From Candidatus Omnitrophota bacterium (GTDB taxonomy: Bacteria > Omnitrophota > Omnitrophia > Omnitrophales > Aquincolibacteriaceae): DNA of 64,000 nucleotides. A model generated the notes under the pieces. It did not search any database, was not told the DNA's origin, and was given only the letters and a program-made list of their open reading frames with translations. Within the stretch, counting starts at the first letter, position 1, and the number at the start of each line of letters is the position of its first letter. Position numbers and translations under genes: made by a program. The DNA lies in the NCBI GenBank assembly GCA_903856085.1, contig CAIOAT010000028.1, forward strand, positions 2,676 through 66,675, read 5' to 3'. Below are positions 9,339-18,558 of the stretch, one piece after another.

Positions 9339-9677
9339 ATGAAAAAATATGAAGGGTTGTTTATATTTCCGCCGGAGATCACAGGAGAGAGTTACAAGGA
9401 CCCTGCCGCGGAGGTTGTAAAATGGATCGAAAAGTTCCAGGGGAAAGTGATCCAGAAGACCGATCTTGGGAAAAAAGCTCTTGGTCACATGATCCGAAAA
9501 TACAAAGACGGTAGAACGTTTGTTTTTGAATTTGAAATGGATCCGTCCCGTGCGCAGGAGTTTCGCAAGGAGTTGGAACTGCAAGAAAATCTTTTGAGAT
9601 ACATGGTGAGCATTCTCGCGAAGAAGCCTGCGTTACCGCCTCTTCCGGTCGCTCCCGTTGCGACGCCCAAAGTATAA
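9339..9677 (+). CDS. rpsF: 30S ribosomal protein S6
   Basis: MKKYEGLFIF...GKKALGHMIRK, typical S6. Conserved rpsF-ssb-rpsR-rplI order. Confidence 0.9.
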   Translation: MKKYEGLFIFPPEITGESYKDPAAEVVKWIEKFQGKVIQKTDLGKKALGHMIRKYKDGRTFVFEFEMDPSRAQEFRKELELQENLLRYMVSILAKKPALPPLPVAPVATPKV

Positions 9678-9709
9678 TCAACCCAACGCGCAAAAAAATC
9701 GGGTGACCT

Positions 9710-10195
9710 ATGGCCGTAAGTTTAAATAAAGTAATGTTGATCGGGAATCTCACCCGGGATCCGGAACTTCGCTATATTCCTTCGGGCCAGGCCGTGACGA
9801 CTTTTACGATCGCGGTTAACCGCACGTACAATTCCAAAGCGGGAGAAAAGAAGGAAGAAGTTTGTTTTATACGGATCGTGGTTTGGGCGCGTCTCGCGGA
9901 GATCTGTAATGAATACCTGAAAAAGGGCCGGCCTGTTTTTGTGGAGGGAAGGATCCAGACCCGAAGCTGGGATGGCCCGGATGGTAACAAGCGGTATTCT
10001 ACGGAAGTGGTCGCCGATAATGTCCAGTTCCTTGGCTCGAAACCCGGAAGCGGGAAGGGCGATGGGGCAGATGTGCCGGCCATGGACGTGGATGACAGTA
10101 TTTTTGAAGCCCCGGAAGGCGGCATGTCTTCCAAAAAGGATTCCGTCTCCCTTTCAAAGGACGAACTTAAACCCGACGAAGAAATTCCCTTCTAA
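9710..10195 (+). CDS. ssb: single-stranded DNA-binding protein
   Basis: MLIGNLTRDPELRY OB-fold N-terminus. Gly-rich linker. Acidic C-terminal tip DEEIPF. Confidence 0.9.
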   Translation: MAVSLNKVMLIGNLTRDPELRYIPSGQAVTTFTIAVNRTYNSKAGEKKEEVCFIRIVVWARLAEICNEYLKKGRPVFVEGRIQTRSWDGPDGNKRYSTEVVADNVQFLGSKPGSGKGDGADVPAMDVDDSIFEAPEGGMSSKKDSVSLSKDELKPDEEIPF

Positions 10196-10215
10196 ATTAG
10201 CTAGGTGTAAAAAAT

Positions 10216-10536
10216 ATGAAACCGAGATCCTCTTCAAGATTTGGAAAAGACGAAAAGAAAAAGCCCTTTGATAAGAATGCCCGTGGCCCCAAAAAAGGCG
10301 AAAAAGGTTACGGCTCACCGAGCAGGGCTCCTTCCCGGCCACAGCGCAAACGCATGCGGCGTGTACTCCCGGCCATGGACTACAAGGATGTGGATGCTTT
10401 GGGAAAATATATCACCGAGAAAGGCAAGATTTTGCCGCGGCGCATCACACGTTTGAGTTCGAAGGACCAACGGACGCTTACACGCCTCATCAAGAAGTCG
10501 CGTCATTCGGGACTTTTGGCATTCCAGGCGAACTGA
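10216..10536 (+). CDS. rpsR: 30S ribosomal protein S18, with about 35-aa basic N-terminal extension
   Basis: [47 protein letters not shown] conserved core. AGGTG SD 9 nt before the ATG at 10216. Confidence 0.8.
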   Translation: MKPRSSSRFGKDEKKKPFDKNARGPKKGEKGYGSPSRAPSRPQRKRMRRVLPAMDYKDVDALGKYITEKGKILPRRITRLSSKDQRTLTRLIKKSRHSGLLAFQAN

Positions 10537-10581
10537 TCGCCGGAGCCATTTTTTAAAAAAAGAAAAAAGGGGAATTGATCC

Positions 10582-11038
10582 ATGGAGTTATTGCTTTTGA
10601 AAAATGTGGCAGATGTTGGAAAAAAAGGCGATGTCGTGCGTGTTCGTGATGGATTTGCAAGGAATTTTCTGATGCCTCAGGATCTCGCGATCCCGGCGAC
10701 GCGTGCTAACAAGCAGTTCTTTGCGGAAAAACGTGCGCGCAGTGCTGCACGCAAGGTTAAAGAAAAAGAAGCCGCCGAAAAACGCGCTAAAGAGATGAAG
10801 GATCTTACGATCACCCCTTGAGGTTCGCGCAGGCGAAGGCGACAAGCTTTATGGTTCTGTGACAGCCGAAGATCTTCGCGTGGAACTTGAAAAGCAGGGG
10901 CATAGCTTTGAGAAAAAGCAGGTCCGGATCAAGGATGCTTTGAAGACCTTGGGCACGCACCAGGTCGATCTTGAAATTTACCCGCAAGTCAAGACGCGTC
11001 TGACGGTCGAGCTCGTTCGCAGCCCTGATTCACATTAA
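10582..11038 (+). CDS. rplI: 50S ribosomal protein L9, interrupted by an apparent 1-nt insertion in a CCCC run at 10814-10817
   Basis: The N-terminal domain (MELLLLKNVADVGKKGDVVRVRDGFARNFLMPQ...) reads in frame 1 to a TGA at 10819-10821. The C-terminal domain (EVRAGEGDKLYGSVTAEDL...ELVRSPDSH) continues in the +1 frame from 10820 to the stop at 11036-11038. Confidence 0.8.
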
Positions 11039-11100
11039 TTCCTAAAGTCGAAGGTCATCAGGACCGCCCCAGTCAGCCGTTTTGGAAATATAAACAAGGC

Positions 11101-12501
11101 TTGGGCGACCGGCTTAAACCTCTTCAGAGGTCCTTTGTGGTTGAATTGAAGACAACGGTTAATCTTTACGAAAAACTTCCGCCGCAGAATCGCGAAGCTG
11201 AAATGAGCGTTCTGGGTGCGATGTTTTTTGACGAGATCGCGCTCGCGAAAGCCATCGAAGTCCTGACCCCCGATTTTTTCTACGACCAGCGTCATCAAAA
11301 TATTTTCAGCGTGATGACAACCCTGTTTTCCCGCAATCACCCCGTCGATCTCATCACAGTCTCGGAGGAACTCAAGAAACGCAAACAGCTTGAGGACCTT
11401 GGTGGTATCAGCTACCTGACCCAGTTGACTACGATCGTTCCGACGGCGGCGAACATTGAACATTATGCCCGAATCGTCAAGGACAAGGCGCTCCTTCGCA
11501 AGCTCATTCAATCTGGGACACAGATTGTGCAGAACAGTCTTGAGGCTGAGGGGAATGCCCGCGAGATGATTGACAGCGCCGAGAAAATGATTTTCGATAT
11601 CGGACAGTCACAGATCGAAAATAAGACCGTCCAGATCAGGGACATTATCCATGAGAGCATGGAAACGATCGATCAGTTGTTTCAACGCAAGGAACACATT
11701 ACGGGTATCGCGACGGGCTTTCATGAATTTGACATGAAGACCGCGGGGCTCCAACCTTCGGATCTGGTCATCGTGGCAGGTCGCCCCTCGATGGGGAAAT
11801 CCGCTTTTGCTACCGCGATCTGCGAACATGCCGGTATTAATCTGAAGAAACCAGTCGTTATTTTCTCGCTTGAAATGAGTAAAGAGCAGCTTGTTCAGAG
11901 AATGCTCTGTTCCCACGCGCGTGTCGACGCACAAAAGGTCCGCACGGGGTATCTCTCCCATCAAGATTGGCCGAAACTGACAAATGCTGCCGGTAAACTT
12001 TCCGAAGCTCCGATCTTTATCGACGACACACCGGGACAGACCGTGCTCGAAATCCGCGCCAAGGCCCGCCGTCTCAAGATGAAGCACGATATTTCCTTGA
12101 TCGTAATCGATTATTTGCAGCTCATGCAAGGGTCGAAGTCCTCCGAAAACCGTCAGCAGGAGATCTCCGAAATTTCCAGGTCTCTCAAGGCGCTCGCGCG
12201 CGAGATCCGAGTTCCTGTTATCGCCGTGAGCCAGCTTTCCCGTGCGGTGGAGTCGAGGACCGGCAATCGTCCGCAGCTTTCCGATCTTCGCGAGTCCGGC
12301 GCAATCGAACAGGATGCCGATGTGGTTGTATTTCTTTTTCGAGAAGAGTATTATCAGCCTTCTGAAGAGAACAAAAATAAGGCTGAGGCGATCATCGCCA
12401 AACAGCGCAATGGGCCCACGGGCATTATCCCGCTCGTGTTTCTCAAAGAATGGACGCGTTTCGATAATCCTGAATTTTTCAGATCAGAGGAATCCGCATG
12501 A
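11101..12501 (+). CDS. dnaB: replicative DNA helicase DnaB
   Basis: NREAEMSVLGAMF N-terminal motif, Walker A GRPSMGKSAFA, and the helicase C-terminal region. The start codon is probably non-ATG within the first 30 codons. Confidence 0.9.
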   Translation: MGDRLKPLQRSFVVELKTTVNLYEKLPPQNREAEMSVLGAMFFDEIALAKAIEVLTPDFFYDQRHQNIFSVMTTLFSRNHPVDLITVSEELKKRKQLEDLGGISYLTQLTTIVPTAANIEHYARIVKDKALLRKLIQSGTQIVQNSLEAEGNAREMIDSAEKMIFDIGQSQIENKTVQIRDIIHESMETIDQLFQRKEHITGIATGFHEFDMKTAGLQPSDLVIVAGRPSMGKSAFATAICEHAGINLKKPVVIFSLEMSKEQLVQRMLCSHARVDAQKVRTGYLSHQDWPKLTNAAGKLSEAPIFIDDTPGQTVLEIRAKARRLKMKHDISLIVIDYLQLMQGSKSSENRQQEISEISRSLKALAREIRVPVIAVSQLSRAVESRTGNRPQLSDLRESGAIEQDADVVVFLFREEYYQPSEENKNKAEAIIAKQRNGPTGIIPLVFLKEWTRFDNPEFFRSEESA

Positions 12502-15029
12502 AACGATTGCTGCTACTGCTTTTAGGGTTATCTTTTGGCGTGTTGTGTGTTTTCCCGGCCTTTGCCGAGGACGCGACTAAGAAGACGGCTACGGAAGCTG
12601 GGGCAGTCTCGCCAGCGGCTCCCGTACCTTCTAAGAATCTTAATGCGGAACAACCTTCCGCAAAGGTTCCAGTTCCGGCGATTCCGGCGGCTTCTACGAA
12701 TCATGCTGCTGAAGGAACCTCCTCAAAAGTTTCTGCGCAGGCGGGTTCCGTTTCAAGCCCTGCAGCCCAATCGTCGTCTTATGCGCCTGTCTCAGCAGAT
12801 CCTCAGCCCACGCCGGAGGTCAAAAAAACAATCGTAGCGATGGATGTTCGCGGGAACCGCATCGTGAGCACGAACACTATTTTGAGCAAGATCCAGACCA
12901 AGCAGGGGTTGACCCTTAAACAGCAGACTGTTAATGAAGATATCAAACGTCTTTATGCGACCGGATTTTTTGAGGATGTGAGGTTGGAGGTGGAAGAGCT
13001 TCCCGAAGGGTATAAACTCATCGTAGAAGTGGATGAGAAGCCGATCGTCAAGCAAATCACGTTTGAGGGAGCCACTTCGTTTAAGGAAGACAAACTTCGC
13101 AAGACGCTGGGTGTGATCGAGGGACAGATCCTGGACCGTAAGGCCGTCAAAAAGGGCGAGGAAGAGATACGCAAGCTTTACGCGGACAAGGGGTTCCGCT
13201 TCGTGGATCTTCAGGCGACCGTGAATGTGGATTCGAAGACCAAAGAGGCCGTAATCACGGTCAAGGTATTCGAGGGGAAAAAATTTAAGATCAGCAAGAT
13301 TTCTTTCGAGGGAGTAAAGGCCTTCAAACCCAAGCAACTTTCCAAACTGATGAAAACAAAAGAGAGAAAATGGTTTTTGTTTGGAACCTTCAAAGAAGGT
13401 GATTTTGAGAAAGACCTAGAAAAGATCAGCTTCTTCTATCAGAAGGAAGGTTATTTGGACGTGAAGGTGGTGCCGGAGTTTGCCTATAATAAGGATCAGA
13501 ACACGATTCAGATCCTGATCAAGATTGATGAAGGGCAACATTACCTGACTGGTGAGATTAAGTTTAAAGGGAACACCCTTTTCCCCGAATCCGAACTGTG
13601 GCAGCAACTTGAAATGCTTCCCGGCCTGACCTATTCCCAGTTTTATGTCGCACAGGATATGGAAAAGATCCGCCAATTCTATGCGAATGAGGGCTATATG
13701 GAAGCTCGCGTGGTACCCGACGTAAAACTGAACCGCGACAGCAGCAAAGTCGATATCACGTACGAAATTCAAGAGGGGGACCTTTATTTTGTGGAGAAGG
13801 TCCAGATCCGCGGAAACACCAAGACTCGTGATAAGGTTATCCGTCGCGAACTCCGCATCCGGCCAGGCGAGCGCTTTGATGGGAAGAAGATCGAGAAATC
13901 CAAGGAGCGCCTCGAGAATCTGAATTACTTTGAGGAGGTTACCTACGATACCGAACCCACGGACGCCGGCGCGAATCGCAAGGACCTCATTTTCAGGGTC
14001 AAAGAAAAACGGACCGGGGAGCTTTCCTTCGGCGGCGGTGTCAGTTCCATTGATACATTCATGGGGTTTGCCGAGATCTCCCAGAGGAATTTCGATATCC
14101 TTAATTGGCCGCGTTTTACCGGCGGTGGGCAGTCGCTCTCGATCCGTGGTCAGGTCGGGACCATTAACCAGGAGTACGACGCCAGTTTTGTTGAGCCGTA
14201 TCTTTTTAATAAGCCAATCTCTTGGGGCACAAATATTTTTGCCACATCGCAAGACGATAAAAATACTGAATTTGGACAGCGGAGAATGGGCGCCTCGACG
14301 ACTTTATCGCGTCTTTTCAAAGATGTTCTCAGGGCGGGGGGCGGGTACACGTTGGAGCGTGTGGAACTTAAGAATGTCGCAAGCGGTGCGCCTGTTTCCG
14401 TTACGGAGTTTGAAGGGCCCGACTGGCTTTCTAGGCTCCGTGCGTTTACGACCTTTGATAATCGTGACAACGTATTCAATCCTACCAAGGGGCGTGTGAT
14501 TAATCTTGCCGGTGAATTGATCGGAAGCTTTCTTGGCGGCGATCAGGAATATTATATTTTACGGTCCGGGTATACGGAATATCTCACGTTCCATAAAAAG
14601 CATCAGATCGAATTTCAGGCACGGTTGGCCTCATCGCAGTCGTTTGGGAAATCATCGACGACCCCGGCTTATGACAGGTTCTTTGCCGGCGGCCTTGGCA
14701 CGGTGCGTGGTTTTAATTATCGCCGTGTGGGTCCTCAGGAGAACGGGGAGGCCGTGGGTGGTCAGACCATGGCCATTGTGAATCTCGATTATACTTTTCC
14801 GCTTCCTTATCTTGACGCGTTCCGTGGGGTGCTTTTTATGGACGCGGGCAGTGTTAGTCCCGATTCTTACAATATCGATTTCGGAAAATTTGCCGTAAGC
14901 GTGGGTCCTGGAATCAAGGTCAAGACACCCATCGGGCCTTTGGCTTTTTATTATGGTCTTCCCATTGCGAATCGGGACACCAAGGACAGAAATGGACGTT
15001 TCGAGTTTAGTTTGAGCCGTAGTTTTTAA
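12498..15029 (+). CDS. bamA: outer membrane protein assembly factor BamA (Omp85), with long Ala/Pro/Ser-rich N-terminal linker
   Basis: Signal peptide, about 90-aa low-complexity region, repeated POTRA-like modules, and a C-terminal beta-barrel ending ...RFEFSLSRSF. 4-nt overlap with dnaB. Confidence 0.85.
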   Translation: MKRLLLLLLGLSFGVLCVFPAFAEDATKKTATEAGAVSPAAPVPSKNLNAEQPSAKVPVPAIPAASTNHAAEGTSSKVSAQAGSVSSPAAQSSSYAPVSADPQPTPEVKKTIVAMDVRGNRIVSTNTILSKIQTKQGLTLKQQTVNEDIKRLYATGFFEDVRLEVEELPEGYKLIVEVDEKPIVKQITFEGATSFKEDKLRKTLGVIEGQILDRKAVKKGEEEIRKLYADKGFRFVDLQATVNVDSKTKEAVITVKVFEGKKFKISKISFEGVKAFKPKQLSKLMKTKERKWFLFGTFKEGDFEKDLEKISFFYQKEGYLDVKVVPEFAYNKDQNTIQILIKIDEGQHYLTGEIKFKGNTLFPESELWQQLEMLPGLTYSQFYVAQDMEKIRQFYANEGYMEARVVPDVKLNRDSSKVDITYEIQEGDLYFVEKVQIRGNTKTRDKVIRRELRIRPGERFDGKKIEKSKERLENLNYFEEVTYDTEPTDAGANRKDLIFRVKEKRTGELSFGGGVSSIDTFMGFAEISQRNFDILNWPRFTGGGQSLSIRGQVGTINQEYDASFVEPYLFNKPISWGTNIFATSQDDKNTEFGQRRMGASTTLSRLFKDVLRAGGGYTLERVELKNVASGAPVSVTEFEGPDWLSRLRAFTTFDNRDNVFNPTKGRVINLAGELIGSFLGGDQEYYILRSGYTEYLTFHKKHQIEFQARLASSQSFGKSSTTPAYDRFFAGGLGTVRGFNYRRVGPQENGEAVGGQTMAIVNLDYTFPLPYLDAFRGVLFMDAGSVSPDSYNIDFGKFAVSVGPGIKVKTPIGPLAFYYGLPIANRDTKDRNGRFEFSLSRSF

Positions 15030-15071
15030 AGCATTCTAACCGCAGTATCATTCCAAAAAAGGAGAAACACC

Positions 15072-15584
15072 ATGAACCGTAAACTGATCGCTGGTTTTCT
15101 TGCAGTGCTGATGATGTTGGGACTGAGTCTTCCTGCTTTTGCCGCAGAGATGAAGGTGGCGTATGTCGATGTGGGAGAGGTTTTTGACAATTACCAAAAA
15201 ACCAAGGACCAGGATTTGGTGCTTAAGACCGCAGGGGAAGCTAAGGAAAAAGAACGAAATGATATGACGGCCAAGATCCGTTCGATGGAAGATGAATTAG
15301 CTCTTCTTGCAGCGGATGCCCGTGCCGCCAAACAGGAACAGCTGATCGAAAAGAAGCGCCAGCTCGAGGATTTTGATCGCAATGTCCGTCAGCAGCTTGC
15401 GGAGCAACGCGATAAGGTGGTGCGTGAGATCTTCCAGGAGATCGATGTCATCGTCCAGGACTTTTCGACCAAAGGTGGCTATGACATGATCTTCAATAAA
15501 CGCGTGCTTCTTGCCCAGAAAAAGTCTTTTGACATCACGGCGCAGGTCTCCGCGGAACTCGCGAAGAAATACAAAAAGGCCTAA
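15072..15584 (+). CDS. skp: periplasmic chaperone Skp/OmpH
   Basis: Signal peptide, 170-aa coiled-coil-rich protein, conserved position after bamA, AAGGAG SD. Confidence 0.75.
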   Translation: MNRKLIAGFLAVLMMLGLSLPAFAAEMKVAYVDVGEVFDNYQKTKDQDLVLKTAGEAKEKERNDMTAKIRSMEDELALLAADARAAKQEQLIEKKRQLEDFDRNVRQQLAEQRDKVVREIFQEIDVIVQDFSTKGGYDMIFNKRVLLAQKKSFDITAQVSAELAKKYKKA

Positions 15585-15595
15585 GCCGGAGAACG

Positions 15596-16876
15596 ATGAA
15601 ACAAAGGACTCTCAAAAACCAAGCTGTTTTCGAAGGATCGGGACTCCATACCGGCCGTAAGGTGACGGTGTGCGTGCGTCCTGCCGCGGAGAATGTCGGC
15701 ATTCTTTTTTGCCGTGTCGATCTGGACCCGGACCTCAAGGTCAGTGCTTCGATCGAGAATGTCTGTTCCGATGAGATGCGCCAGACGGCGATCTCAGTGG
15801 GGAAGGGACGCGTTCGTACGATTGAACACCTCATGGCTGCTTTTCACGGGCTCGGGATCGATAACGCTCTGGTGGAGATCGACGGGGAAGAAGTTCCCGG
15901 GATGGACGGTAGTTCTTTGGAATTTACCAAGGCGCTGATCGCGGCTGGTCTTGAGGAGCAGAGTGCGGAGCGAAAGTTCCTGACGGTCAAGGTTCCCGTT
16001 TATATCGACCAGGGCGATCAGTCGATCGTCATCTTGCCCGCCGATTCATTTTCGATCTCCTACATGCTCAACTATCGGGACGCAGATCTTCTGGACCAGT
16101 ACCTGTCGCTTCCGATCATGCCGGAAATCTTTGAGCGGGAGCTGGCGCCGGCTCGCACCTTTTGTCTTAAAAAGGAGGCGGAGCTTTTGCTTTCCCAGGG
16201 ATTTGGAAAGGGTGCGAATCCTTCCAACACGCTCATTTTCGAAAAGAATAAACCGCTCCAGAATGCTTTGCGGTTTGAAAACGAAGCCTGTCGGCACAAG
16301 ATGATGGATATTCTGGGCGATCTGTTTTTGTGCGGAAAATTCATCCGCGGTCACGTGATCGCTTCCCGGAGCGGCCACGCCCTTAACGTTGAACTCGTGA
16401 GGAAATTAATGATGAATGCTCCCTCTGAACCAAAGCCACTCTCCAAAACACTGAATGTGGAAGAGATCCAGAAGATCATCCCGCATCGCTATCCCTTTCT
16501 TTTCGTAGATCGGATCGAGAATTTTGAGCCGGGGACCCGCGCGACGGGTTTCAAACAAGTAACGATGAATGATTATTTTTTTCAGGGGCATTTTCCGGGG
16601 CATCCGGTGATGCCGGGTGTTCTCATCGTGGAAGCGATGGCGCAAGTCGGCGGTGTGATTATGTTGGGTGAGCCCGAGAACCGGGGCAAGATTGCTTACT
16701 TCATGAGCGTGGACGCGGTCAAGTGGCGCAGTCCGGTTCTGCCAGGGGATACACTCCGGATGGAAGTCGAGGTTCTGAAGAAACGTGCCAAGTTCGGACA
16801 ATGCGCCGGCAAGGCTTATGTGGGGGATAAATTAGTATGCGAAGCGGATGTGAAATTCGCCGTGGTGGATGCGTGA
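15596..16876 (+). CDS. lpxC/fabZ: bifunctional LpxC (UDP-3-O-acyl-GlcNAc deacetylase) / FabZ (3-hydroxyacyl-ACP dehydratase) fusion
   Basis: The N-terminal about 290 aa is an LpxC fold (FEGSGLHTGRKVTV, HLMAAFHGLGIDN). The C-terminal about 140 aa is FabZ (IPHRYPFLFVDRI, GHFPGHPVMPGVLIVEAMAQ). Confidence 0.85.
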   Translation: MKQRTLKNQAVFEGSGLHTGRKVTVCVRPAAENVGILFCRVDLDPDLKVSASIENVCSDEMRQTAISVGKGRVRTIEHLMAAFHGLGIDNALVEIDGEEVPGMDGSSLEFTKALIAAGLEEQSAERKFLTVKVPVYIDQGDQSIVILPADSFSISYMLNYRDADLLDQYLSLPIMPEIFERELAPARTFCLKKEAELLLSQGFGKGANPSNTLIFEKNKPLQNALRFENEACRHKMMDILGDLFLCGKFIRGHVIASRSGHALNVELVRKLMMNAPSEPKPLSKTLNVEEIQKIIPHRYPFLFVDRIENFEPGTRATGFKQVTMNDYFFQGHFPGHPVMPGVLIVEAMAQVGGVIMLGEPENRGKIAYFMSVDAVKWRSPVLPGDTLRMEVEVLKKRAKFGQCAGKAYVGDKLVCEADVKFAVVDA

Positions 16877-17643
16877 AGATCCATCCGACGGCGATCGTCC
16901 ATCCGGACGCCGTCCTTGGCGAAGGAGTTGAAATCGGGCCGTGGGCCATCGTCGAAGGGACTGTCACGATTGGAGCGCGCACGAAAGTTGGTCCTCGCGT
17001 AACGATCGAAGGGCATACCACGATCGGAGAAGATAATGTGATCTTCACGGGCGCAGTGGTCGGTAGCCTTACCCAGGATAAAAAAGCCGATGGCGGTGTG
17101 AGTTACCTGAGGATCGGCGATCGCAACACGATCCGCGAATATGCGACTCTCAATCCCGGCACCTTGAACGGTACCGAGACTGTGATCGGGAACGACAATC
17201 TCCTGATGGCTTACGCGCATGTCGCGCATGACTGTATTATTCATAATGGCGCGACGCTTGCCAATAACGCGACGCTTGCGGGCCACGTGATCGTAGAAGA
17301 TAGAGCGATCCTCGGCGGTCTTTCCGCAGTCCATCAATTCGTTCGGATCGGGAAATTATCGATCACGGGGGGGTGTTCCAAGGTTGTGCAAGATATCCCG
17401 CCTTTTATGATGGTCGACGGCCATCCGGCGCATGCTTTTGGGATCAATACCGTGGGTTTGGATCGCGCGGAATTCTCCCAGGAAGAAAAATCGGCCATTA
17501 AGAAAGCCTTCAAAATCATCTTCAGGTCAGGTCTCATCTTAAAGAACGTCATCAAGCAGATTCAGCAAGATATCCCCTCCGGTCCCTCCATTCAGACGAT
17601 CATTGATTTCCTGGAAAAGTCCGAACGGGGCATTTGCGGATAG
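16873..17643 (+). CDS. lpxA: acyl-ACP--UDP-GlcNAc O-acyltransferase LpxA
   Basis: IHPTAIVHPDAVLGEGVEIGPWAIV hexapeptide repeats plus the LpxA C-terminal helical domain. The GTG start overlaps the lpxC/fabZ stop (GTGA). Confidence 0.85.
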   Translation: MKIHPTAIVHPDAVLGEGVEIGPWAIVEGTVTIGARTKVGPRVTIEGHTTIGEDNVIFTGAVVGSLTQDKKADGGVSYLRIGDRNTIREYATLNPGTLNGTETVIGNDNLLMAYAHVAHDCIIHNGATLANNATLAGHVIVEDRAILGGLSAVHQFVRIGKLSITGGCSKVVQDIPPFMMVDGHPAHAFGINTVGLDRAEFSQEEKSAIKKAFKIIFRSGLILKNVIKQIQQDIPSGPSIQTIIDFLEKSERGICG

Positions 17644-17742
17644 ATCCGTCAGAAATTGATATTTCGGATATCCCCGAGGTGCTGATGACGACAAAAATGG
17701 ATAAATTCTGTATTTTTTCTTGATATTCTAACGGGGTGAACG

Positions 17743-18558
17743 ATGAAGACTATGGGGATCATTGCGGGGAATGGACGTTTTCCCATCCTGGTCGCAGAGG
17801 AAGCTAAGCGGGCGGGATACCGGATCGTAACCTGCGCTATTGAGCAGGAGGCTGAGCCTTGCTTAGAGAAACTCTCGGATGCTTTTTCGTGGGTCAAAGT
17901 CGGGGAGCTTAAAAAGCTTTCTAAATTTCTGAAGAGTGAAGGCGTTCACGAGGCTATCATGGCTGGCAAGATTGAAAAGGTGCGTTTCTTTAAAGAGAAC
18001 GTACGCCTCGATCTTGATATGATGGCGGTTCTTGTGAAATTGAGAGACCACAAGGATGACTCTCTTCTCGGCGGCATTGCGGATTATCTGTTTAAAAAAG
18101 GCATCGTTCTCCAGGATTCCACCTGCTTTCTCAAGAGTATGATGCCGGGACCGGGACTGCTTGGAAAAAAGAAGCCGTCCAATTCCGTGATGGACGACAT
18201 CGATTTTGGTTTTGGAATAGCACAGAAGATCGCCGGCGCGGACATCGGGCAGACGGTGGTCGTGAAGAATAAATCCGTGCTAGCGGTCGAGGCCATTGAA
18301 GGCACAGACGAAGCCATACGCCGAGGCGGGGCATTGGGTCGCGGGAAGATCGTTGCGGTAAAAGTAGCGAAACCCAACCAGGATATGCGTTTCGATGTGC
18401 CGGCCGTAGGACTCAAGACGCTGGAGGTCCTGATCGAAACGCATGCCGAGGCTTTTGCGTTTGAGGCCCATAAAACACTTTTTATCGGCAAAGATATTTT
18501 TATGGAAAAAGCTAATCGCGCGGGGATTGTTCTTTACGGAGTGAGCGACAGGCCTTGA
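17743..18558 (+). CDS. lpxI: UDP-2,3-diacylglucosamine hydrolase LpxI (DUF1009) family
   Basis: [12 protein letters not shown]-terminus and the RFDVPAVG motif near the C-terminus. Position after lpxA. 271 aa. Confidence 0.7.
   Translation: MKTMGIIAGNGRFPILVAEEAKRAGYRIVTCAIEQEAEPCLEKLSDAFSWVKVGELKKLSKFLKSEGVHEAIMAGKIEKVRFFKENVRLDLDMMAVLVKLRDHKDDSLLGGIADYLFKKGIVLQDSTCFLKSMMPGPGLLGKKKPSNSVMDDIDFGFGIAQKIAGADIGQTVVVKNKSVLAVEAIEGTDEAIRRGGALGRGKIVAVKVAKPNQDMRFDVPAVGLKTLEVLIETHAEAFAFEAHKTLFIGKDIFMEKANRAGIVLYGVSDRP

Noticed and set aside
10805-10830. Programmed ribosomal frameshift in rplI
   Set aside because: There is no slippery heptamer or stimulatory structure, and L9 is not known to use recoding. 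A single extra C in a C4 run restores the frame, so an indel error or mutation is far more likely.
12535-12837. 100-aa Arg/Leu-rich ORF overlapping the bamA 5' region in another frame
   Set aside because: A low-complexity frame artefact of the Ala/Pro-rich BamA linker. There is no independent support.
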